A stretch of DNA of 21,473 bases from a candidate division WOR-3 bacterium (lineage in GTDB: Bacteria > Hydrothermota > Hydrothermia > LBFQ01 > DSFT01): NCBI GenBank assembly GCA_965649115.1, contig CBFGJN010000032.1, positions 1 through 21,473 of the forward strand. Reading direction: 5' to 3'. Within the stretch, counting starts at the first letter, position 1. Every line of letters begins with the position of its first letter. Below are positions 1 to 7,443 of the stretch, one piece after another. Below the pieces are notes generated by a model. That model was given only the letters and a program-made list of their open reading frames with translations. It was not told the origin of the DNA and did no database searches. A program made the position numbers and the translations under genes.

Positions 1-53
1 CTTTACAAGGCGTTAAGCCTTGTTGAAATAGGTTTAGGGGGTTAAAAGGGGAG
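1..53 (+). promoter_or_regulatory. Proximal part of the CRISPR leader (truncated by the window edge)
   Basis: Non-repeat sequence directly before the first perfect repeat, longer than any spacer (35-41 nt). The only mutated repeat is at the opposite end of the array, which places the leader here. Confidence 0.65.
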
Positions 54-1741
54 GTTTCATCTGAACATAGTGGAATTTAAACTTTTATCGTTTAAAATTC
101 CTTAATAAAGTTATTGCAGTTTCATCTGAACATAGTGGAATTTAAACTATATAGAATGAAAATAGCACAAAAAATACTATCTTTGTTTCATCTGAACATA
201 GTGGAATTTAAACACTCATTTAATTTTCTTCTAATTTCTTTTATTTTTATTTGTTTCATCTGAACATAGTGGAATTTAAACTTATAATACTTGGATTTTG
301 TGCTATATGACGCAAAGTTTCATCTGAACATAGTGGAATTTAAACTGGATTTAACTGTGTAACTGACATGAACATCACCAACTTGTTTCATCTGAACATA
401 GTGGAATTTAAACTAATTTTTTTTAACATTGTTACTGTATCTTCTACCGGTTTCATCTGAACATAGTGGAATTTAAACGTATTTATTATTCCTAATAATT
501 TCCTTTCTTTACATTGTTTCATCTGAACATAGTGGAATTTAAACTTAAAAAAGAAAGGGGGATTATTTGTAAGGTAAAAAAAGTTTCATCTGAACATAGT
601 GGAATTTAAACTCGCGACAAATCCGAGGCCCTTTTTGGGCCCTGACCAGTTTCATCTGAACATAGTGGAATTTAAACGCTGGTGAGCAAATTGATTTTAT
701 TCTTTTCGTTTCAGGTTTCATCTGAACATAGTGGAATTTAAACCAGATGGAATGTGTAATGCATATATGTGTTAAGATCAGTTTCATCTGAACATAGTGG
801 AATTTAAACTTCTTTTTATATCTTTTATTTCTTCTAACACTTCATTCGTTTCATCTGAACATAGTGGAATTTAAACCTATTGCCTCAATCAATCTTCTTG
901 TTACCTTTTCTCTGTTTCATCTGAACATAGTGGAATTTAAACCAACAAAAAAGCTAATAGTAATAGATTTGAATATTTGTGTTTCATCTGAACATAGTGG
1001 AATTTAAACGGAGGGCTTACTTATATTATACCACTTTTGTAGGAGGTGTTTCATCTGAACATAGTGGAATTTAAACTGAATTGGAGGTTTCTCTAATCTT
1101 AACAATAAGAACATGTTTCATCTGAACATAGTGGAATTTAAACACAAAAGGAGGTTAAGCTTATGGAAAGGGAAAAGCAAGTTTCATCTGAACATAGTGG
1201 AATTTAAACATTAACAATTCTAATAAGCATTCTCCGAAATTCATTATCGTTTCATCTGAACATAGTGGAATTTAAACTAGCTTTTTTGAGAAGATTAAAT
1301 TTTTTATCTAAAATGTTTCATCTGAACATAGTGGAATTTAAACTGTTGAGGTGCTAATGATAATATTTTTTCTAAAAGGGGTTTCATCTGAACATAGTGG
1401 AATTTAAACTTGAAGGTGACCAAATAGTATATTTTCCTGTCTTCTTGTTTCATCTGAACATAGTGGAATTTAAACTTTTTAGCATTTTGTTATCAAGGTC
1501 AGTAAGATATTTGTTTCATCTGAACATAGTGGAATTTAAACGATGAGGAAATGTATTATGCTATAAAAGATAATTAGTTTCATCTGAACATAGTGGAATT
1601 TAAACATAAATAATTTAAATCTTTTTTTATTACTTAATCTCTCTAAGTTTCATCTGAACATAGTGGAATTTAAACTGTGGAACACCAATTAAAAGCCCAA
1701 CTGATGGTATAGGTTTCATCTGAACATAGTAGAATTTAAAC
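54..1741 (+). CRISPR. CRISPR array: 26 repeats of 29 bp (GTTTCATCTGAACATAGTGGAATTTAAAC) and 25 unique spacers of 35-41 bp
   Basis: Repeats start at 54, 119, 185, 253, 317, 385, 450, 516, 583, 649, 715, 781, 848, 914, 981, 1048, 1115, 1181, 1249, 1315, 1381, 1447, 1513, 1577, 1647 and 1713. The last carries a G>A change (…ATAGTAGAATT…), as expected at a trailer end. The 3' end ATTTAAAC resembles the 8-nt Cas6 handle of type I-B/III arrays, giving + orientation. No cas genes in the window. Confidence 0.99.
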
Positions 1742-1801
1742 TTAATAATCTCTATAATTAATACGCCGGCTGAGAAATCAACTAAATTTCAATAAATAAT
1801 T

Positions 1802-2040
1802 GCTGTATCCAGTAATTCGTTTATGGAGGGCGAAGCCTCCCTTAATCCCCCCATTATTTCAAGTATTTCAATTAATCCTTTTATAAAAATTTTAAGAAAA
1901 TTATTAATTTTACGGGGGTTTTTAAGGGGGGCAGAGCCCCCCAAGGCGTAAATATGGGTATTTTAAAGCCGTCCGCTTAAATTCAGGGTGGGTGGGAAAA
2001 ATATAATAAAATAAATAATTCCAGAATTACTGGACAAAGC
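1802..2040 (+). mobile_element. MITE-like non-coding element, copy 1 (239 bp)
   Basis: TIR GCTGTATCCAGTAATTC (1802-1818) vs GAATTACTGGACAAAGC (2024-2040), 15/17 complementary. Internal hairpin GGGGGGC-AGA-GCCCCCC (1926-1942). ATGGGTATTTTAAAGCC and GGGTGGGTGGG blocks shared with the other copies. No ORF. Confidence 0.8.
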
Positions 2041-2051
2041 ACAGACAATTT

Positions 2052-2253
2052 GCTTTGTCCAATAAATAATGTTAAGTCATTGATTATTAACAACTTATAA
2101 AATTTTTAAGGAAATTGTTGATTTTTCGGGGGGATTAAGGGGGGCATTAGCCCCCCAAGGGATAAGATAGGTTTTTTAAAGTCGAAGGCTTGATTTCAGG
2201 GTGGGTGGGGGAAATATAGTAAAATATATATTTTTAGAATTATTGGACACAGC
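2052..2253 (+). mobile_element. MITE-like non-coding element, copy 2 (202 bp), in tandem with copy 1
   Basis: TIR GCTTTGTCCAATAA (2052-2065) vs TTATTGGACACAGC (2240-2253), 13/14. Hairpin GGGGGGC-ATTA-GCCCCCC (2139-2156). Flanked by ACAGACAATT (2041-2050) and ACAGATAATT (2254-2263). Co-linear with copy 3 at 20919-21109. Confidence 0.85.
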
Positions 2254-2273
2254 ACAGATAATTGAAATCTATG

Positions 2274-2283
2274 CTTTAAAATT
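2274..2283 (+). promoter_or_regulatory. CTTTAAAATT motif (putative -10 element TAAAAT) upstream of sprA
   Basis: Exact 10-mer that recurs before all five apparent transcription-unit starts in the window. Confidence 0.5.
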
Positions 2284-2308
2284 TTAAATAGCGAGTCGTT
2301 AATTTTGT

Positions 2309-5300
2309 TTGATTTGGATTTTAGTAGCTTTTAATCTTGATGTAGTAAGGGATTCAATTTATTTTGATTATTACAACAATAACGTTTATATTTTCAAAAC
2401 ATATAGGAATGTTATTATTGACACATTTAAAATTTTGTCGTTTGATGAGTACTTTGATTTCTTATCAGATAGTTTATTTTATCTTCAATATCAAAAATTT
2501 TCATCAAATAATACATCAAATAATCAATTTGGCTTAATTCCAACAATTTCTGTTCCAATAGATATTCCCGTTGGTCTTGGATTTCTTGGAGGTAATGAAG
2601 CAAAAATTGATATTAAAGGAAATCAAAGTATGGAATTTGGTGGTTCAGCAAATAGTATTATCTCACCTGTAAATTATGGTTCTTCAACATTTCCACAATT
2701 ACAAATGAAACAAACAATAAATGTTAATTTAAATGGAACAATTGGTAAAAAATTAAATGTTAATATCAATCATAATTCAGAAGAAATTGATCAAACAAAA
2801 AATAAAGTTAGACTTTCTTATAATGGCGAAGAAGATGAGGTTTTCCAACTTATAGAACTTGGTGATGCAAGTAGCCTACAATTTCCATCTACTAAGTTTT
2901 CAAGCCTTCCATTAACTTCTGATAATTCGCTTTTTGGAATAAGGGCAAATACACAACTTGGACCAATAAAAAGCACAATTGTTTTAGCGAGGGAAAAAGC
3001 ACAAGTTAGCACACAATCATTAAAAGCTAATTTTCAACAAAGAACTGACACAATATATGAAAGGGATTATGAAAAATTAAAATTTTTCTACTTAGATGAG
3101 ACTGATTCTATAATTGAACTTAAAGTCTTTATTGATGATAGAATAAACAATAATAATAGCCTTTCAGTTTATGGCAAGGCTTGTTTTAATGCAGATGTAA
3201 ATTCTTATTGTGAAACGGGATATTTTGATTTAGATACAAGTTATATAAGGTGGGCTGGAAATGTTATTGAATTTACGAAGACAATAAATGAAAATTATGT
3301 TATTGGTGTCTATTATAAAACATTAAATGGGAAAGTTGTAGGTTCATTGTCAAATCCATTAATTTTAAAACTTATAAAACCTGAAAATCTCTCATCAATT
3401 GAAAACACTAATGACCCAATTAAACTTTATCTTTGGAAATTACAACTAAAAAATGTTTATTATATTGGTTATGATAGTACTACAACAAGTTTAAACCTTA
3501 CAATTTACAAGGATACAGTTCCAATTCCCGTAGATGGAGAAAATGGCAAAAAGTACATTCAAATTTTTAAACTTGATAATAATAATGATGGGTTGGTTGA
3601 TTTAAGCTGGACTGACCCTAATGGAAAAATTCATCCTATCTTGGCAAGAGGATATGTTATATTTCCTGATTTAGAACCATTTCCAGATTCAATTATTTAT
3701 AAAAAATATCATTTTGTTGGTTCAGAAGGAACAAAATTCTTTTTAGTTGTTCAAAATACAAGAGCAAATAGAAGTATTGAAATTCCACCTGATGCTATTA
3801 TAAGTAGTGTAAAAGTTTATGTGAATGGTATGGAATTACCTCAAAGTGATTATAGTATCATTGGAAATAGAATTGTTTTCAATAAGTTTATAGATCCTAA
3901 TGCAGATGTAGAAATTAGGTATGAAACAGGAAATATATTTCAATTTGGAAGCAAATCAATAATTGGAATTAGAAATGATTATTATTTTAATGAAAATTTT
4001 AGGATTGGTTCTTCATTCCTTATGAGAAGTATTAGTGCAGGCTTTGTCCGACCAGAAGTAAATAACGAATCAAGAAGAACTCAAATTCTTGAATTTGATT
4101 TTGATGGAAAGTTTGATTTACAAAAATTAGATAATTTTCTTTTGAAAATTCCAAATTATTCTGGAAATAGTTATATTACGATGAAAGGTGAGGTCGCTCA
4201 AAGTATTCCTAAAATTTCAACAACAGGAGAAAGTTATGTTGATGATATGGAAAATATAAATGAAAGTAATAGTGTTAGTCTTGGAGGATTTGATTGGCAT
4301 TATGGTTCTCTTCCAACGGGTTATAATCCTGATGATTATGTAAAATTTTTAAAATGGAGACCATTTGGCTTTCCAAAAGGACAAATTTATCCAAATTTAA
4401 CAGATGATAGAGAAAGAAATGCTATTGAGAATACAATTGGATTTTACTTTGAACCTATTAATTTAAATTCAAATAATAATTGGTTTAGTGTTTTGAATTT
4501 AATTGATAAAAGTGGTTATGACTTTTCAAGAGTTAGCACAATTGAAATTATATTAAAGAGCAAGGAGAATTTAGTTGTCAGAATAGATGTTGGTTATGAT
4601 ATTCCAGAAGATGAAGTTAGAAGAGATATTAATGGAAATTTAAAAGGACCAAATGGAATTCTTGATAGTGAAGATAAAAATAATAATTGCGTTTTAGATG
4701 TTGCTTTAAATGAAGATGTTGGATTTGATGGAGATTATAGTTTTGACTTTAATAATAATTTTGCTGGAACTAAAAATAATGGAAGACTTGATAGTGAAGG
4801 GCTTGTTGATTGTTGGCGATTAAATCAAAATTCAAACTATTGGACATTTATATTAGATATGGATAAAATTCAGCCAATTAGCAATGTTAATGGTTGGAAA
4901 TTTTATAGATTATCATTTTTAGAACCTGACTCAGTTTTTGGAAGACCTGATATTTATAGAGTTAGATATATTAGATTAACATTTTCAAAATTTACAAAAT
5001 CAGATACGATATTTCTTGCAAAGCTCAATTTCAAGGGTAGTAAATGGATTGTTGGAACAAAGTTAGTTAGCCCTGAAAAATTTTCATTATCTCAAGTTAA
5101 TACAAAAGAAAATCCAGAATATATTAAACCACCTTGGGTAAAACAATATATAAACCCTGATGGAACTATTGAAAGTGAAGGTTCATTAGCATTAATTTAT
5201 GAAAATATAACACCAAATAAAGAATTTTTAGCATATAAATCAAGCACAAAAGGAAATGATTTAACATTTTACAATAAAATTTCTTTTTATGTCAGACCTT

Positions 5301-7396
5301 CGCCGAATACTCCACCTCCATATCCGAAAATTATCTTCAAATATGGCAAGGATACATTAAATTATTATTTTTATGAATATCAGTTAAATGCGAATGATTG
5401 GCAAATTGTAGAAATTGATATAAAGAAAATTGTTGAGTTCAAAAAACAAATTTTAGATAATGGAAATTTTGACCCATCGCAAGTTTATAAAAATGAAAAC
5501 TATGGATTTAAAGGCAATCCCAACTTATTAGATATTAGATTTTATGGAATATCATTATTAAATGAAAGCCAAATTCCTATAAGTGGAACAGTCTGGATTG
5601 ATGATATTAGAACAATAGAACCTGACAATATAAGTGCATTAGCGATGGATTTAAGCAGTTCTTTAAACTTAGGAACATTAATGAATTTAAATTTATCTTT
5701 TACTAATAAAAGGGCAGGATTTAGGGGATTGTTAGATGATAAACCTTCAAATGATAATACTCAGAATTTTGGATTAAATTATAATATGAATTTGGATAAA
5801 CTATTTAATAAATCTTGGGGAATAAGTTTGCCTTTATCATTTACTTATAATTCAAGTGAAACATATCCAAAGTACCAAACAGGAACAGATTTAATTATTG
5901 AAGGAGATAAAGAAAAATATGGGACATTTAATAAAAGTTATTCCATTTCTTCAAGTTATAGAAAATCGCCATCAAATAATAGAATTTTACGATATATATT
6001 AGACCCATTTAGCTTTCAATATAGTTATAATACAGCAAATTCAAAAAGTTGGACATCTGCTGATAGTACAAATTCATTCAATATATCTGGAAGCTATAAT
6101 TTAGTTCCAACAATTCTAAAACCTCCTAAAATTTTCAATAAGGAGATTTATTACTTACCAAGAAATTTAAGTTTATCGTTAAATTATAGAGAAGATTACA
6201 AAAAAAATATAAATTTCATTTCAGGAACAAGTCAATTCACACCTAATAGACAAGTTGGAGGTAATTTTTCAATTAACTATTCAATAATAAATAACTTATC
6301 AAATTCTTATAGCCAGAGTAGAAACTTTGATAGAATTAGAAATAAATGGACTTCATTCTCAGAAAACTTTAATAACTCATTAAATTTTTCAATTCCATTT
6401 ATAAACAATTCAATAAATTATAGTGCTAACTATTCTGAAAATCAAGTATCATCTGATACAAGTAAAATTTATAATATCTCACAAACTTCAAATATAAGTT
6501 ATAATATATCAACAAGAAATATCTTCACAAAATTACTTTTAAGCGAACCAAATGTAAGTTTTAGTTATTCAAAGAATTTTAATGTTCCATTACAAACATC
6601 ATCTCAGAGTTATTTATTTAGAATTGGATTATCATTCCCTAAAACGGACAGTCAATTTAGTTGGTCAGAAAATTACGCATTAAATTACAATCAATCATTC
6701 AATTGGAATAATTTTTCAATTTCAGTAAATCCTTCATATAATCTAAATAAAAACTATTCAACAATAAATTCAATTAAAGAAGACAAAAGTTATCCTAATA
6801 TCACCTTAAATGTCTCATCACTTCCAATTCCAAATAAAATTAAAGATGTTATTTCATCTCCTAATTTAACTTCAAGTTTTAGAATAACAAATTCAAGAAC
6901 AATTAACATTAAACCTGACAATTCATTAGAAATTACAACAAGCTATTTAAGGGATTTTTCACCTCTAATTCAAACATCAATTTCAATTAAAGATGGAACA
7001 AGTATTTCAATTACATATAATAATAGAAAACAAATTTCAAAGTTTGAAGATTATAGAAATGCTCAAAGCACAAATAATTCCAACGATTTAACATTAACAT
7101 TAAGTAGAGTAATTACTCCATCAGATAATTTCCCACTTGTTAGAAATTTAAGGAGTAATTTAACTATAAATTTAACTTACAATGTTAGTTCTTCTAAACA
7201 AATTACAAGAAACGAAAATAATGAGATTGTTGATTTTGATAATTATAGTAGAAATTTTAGTATTCAAGGGTATTATACCTTTAACAATTCAATAAATGCT
7301 AATTTTACAATAAATCATACAAGGAGTTTAAATAAAGTTATGATGACAGGAAATCAAAACTTTACAATTTTAATTAAGTTTGATATACAATTTTAA
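2309..7396 (+). CDS. sprA: SprA/Sov-family outer-membrane translocon (type IX secretion / gliding motility SprA homologue), 1695 aa
   Basis: N-terminal signature GTIGKKLNVNINHNSE…KVRLSYNGEEDEVFQLIELGD…LFGIRANTQLG matches SprA. It also has SprA-type YVDDME and DSEDKNNNCVLD motifs, a long C-terminal run of amphipathic beta strands and a terminal Phe (…FDIQF). TTG start; an in-frame TAA at 2300-2302 prevents extension upstream. Confidence 0.85.
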   Translation: MIWILVAFNLDVVRDSIYFDYYNNNVYIFKTYRNVIIDTFKILSFDEYFDFLSDSLFYLQYQKFSSNNTSNNQFGLIPTISVPIDIPVGLGFLGGNEAKIDIKGNQSMEFGGSANSIISPVNYGSSTFPQLQMKQTINVNLNGTIGKKLNVNINHNSEEIDQTKNKVRLSYNGEEDEVFQLIELGDASSLQFPSTKFSSLPLTSDNSLFGIRANTQLGPIKSTIVLAREKAQVSTQSLKANFQQRTDTIYERDYEKLKFFYLDETDSIIELKVFIDDRINNNNSLSVYGKACFNADVNSYCETGYFDLDTSYIRWAGNVIEFTKTINENYVIGVYYKTLNGKVVGSLSNPLILKLIKPENLSSIENTNDPIKLYLWKLQLKNVYYIGYDSTTTSLNLTIYKDTVPIPVDGENGKKYIQIFKLDNNNDGLVDLSWTDPNGKIHPILARGYVIFPDLEPFPDSIIYKKYHFVGSEGTKFFLVVQNTRANRSIEIPPDAIISSVKVYVNGMELPQSDYSIIGNRIVFNKFIDPNADVEIRYETGNIFQFGSKSIIGIRNDYYFNENFRIGSSFLMRSISAGFVRPEVNNESRRTQILEFDFDGKFDLQKLDNFLLKIPNYSGNSYITMKGEVAQSIPKISTTGESYVDDMENINESNSVSLGGFDWHYGSLPTGYNPDDYVKFLKWRPFGFPKGQIYPNLTDDRERNAIENTIGFYFEPINLNSNNNWFSVLNLIDKSGYDFSRVSTIEIILKSKENLVVRIDVGYDIPEDEVRRDINGNLKGPNGILDSEDKNNNCVLDVALNEDVGFDGDYSFDFNNNFAGTKNNGRLDSEGLVDCWRLNQNSNYWTFILDMDKIQPISNVNGWKFYRLSFLEPDSVFGRPDIYRVRYIRLTFSKFTKSDTIFLAKLNFKGSKWIVGTKLVSPEKFSLSQVNTKENPEYIKPPWVKQYINPDGTIESEGSLALIYENITPNKEFLAYKSSTKGNDLTFYNKISFYVRPSPNTPPPYPKIIFKYGKDTLNYYFYEYQLNANDWQIVEIDIKKIVEFKKQILDNGNFDPSQVYKNENYGFKGNPNLLDIRFYGISLLNESQIPISGTVWIDDIRTIEPDNISALAMDLSSSLNLGTLMNLNLSFTNKRAGFRGLLDDKPSNDNTQNFGLNYNMNLDKLFNKSWGISLPLSFTYNSSETYPKYQTGTDLIIEGDKEKYGTFNKSYSISSSYRKSPSNNRILRYILDPFSFQYSYNTANSKSWTSADSTNSFNISGSYNLVPTILKPPKIFNKEIYYLPRNLSLSLNYREDYKKNINFISGTSQFTPNRQVGGNFSINYSIINNLSNSYSQSRNFDRIRNKWTSFSENFNNSLNFSIPFINNSINYSANYSENQVSSDTSKIYNISQTSNISYNISTRNIFTKLLLSEPNVSFSYSKNFNVPLQTSSQSYLFRIGLSFPKTDSQFSWSENYALNYNQSFNWNNFSISVNPSYNLNKNYSTINSIKEDKSYPNITLNVSSLPIPNKIKDVISSPNLTSSFRITNSRTINIKPDNSLEITTSYLRDFSPLIQTSISIKDGTSISITYNNRKQISKFEDYRNAQSTNNSNDLTLTLSRVITPSDNFPLVRNLRSNLTINLTYNVSSSKQITRNENNEIVDFDNYSRNFSIQGYYTFNNSINANFTINHTRSLNKVMMTGNQNFTILIKFDIQF

Positions 7397-7443
7397 TAGA
7401 TAAATGCATCTGGCTTTAAAAACTCGGCCAATAAAGAGATAAT

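Noticed and set aside
11..53. Resemblance of the CRISPR leader (GTTAAGCCTTG…GGGGGTTAAAAGGGG) to MITE modules (GTTAAGTCCTTG…GGGGGTTTTTAAGGGG)
   Set aside because: Two short, partly homopolymeric matches with different spacing and no TIR; too weak with only 53 nt visible.
563..787. 74-aa minus-strand ORF with repeated FKFHYVQMK
   Set aside because: It is a translation of CRISPR repeats and spacers, not a gene.
810..847. Possible self-targeting: spacer reverse complement TTAGAAGAAATAAAAGATATAAA resembles hemB ~11455-11477
   Set aside because: Only ~23 nt of low-complexity purine-rich sequence with mismatches; expected by chance in AT-rich Glu/Lys codons.
1742..1800. Possible 27th degenerate repeat after a spacer-length segment (TCAACTAAA vs TCATCTGAA near 1778)
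   Set aside because: Only 7/9 matches over a short stretch and the rest does not align.
1742..2308. tracrRNA/anti-repeat or a small Cas effector gene downstream of the array
   Set aside because: No complement to the repeat and no ORF found; the region is explained by two MITE-like copies.
7397..7443. Intrinsic terminator between convergent sprA and the nuclease gene
   Set aside because: Only 4-bp stems (AGAT/ATCT, TGGC/GCCA) with no U-tract; not convincing.
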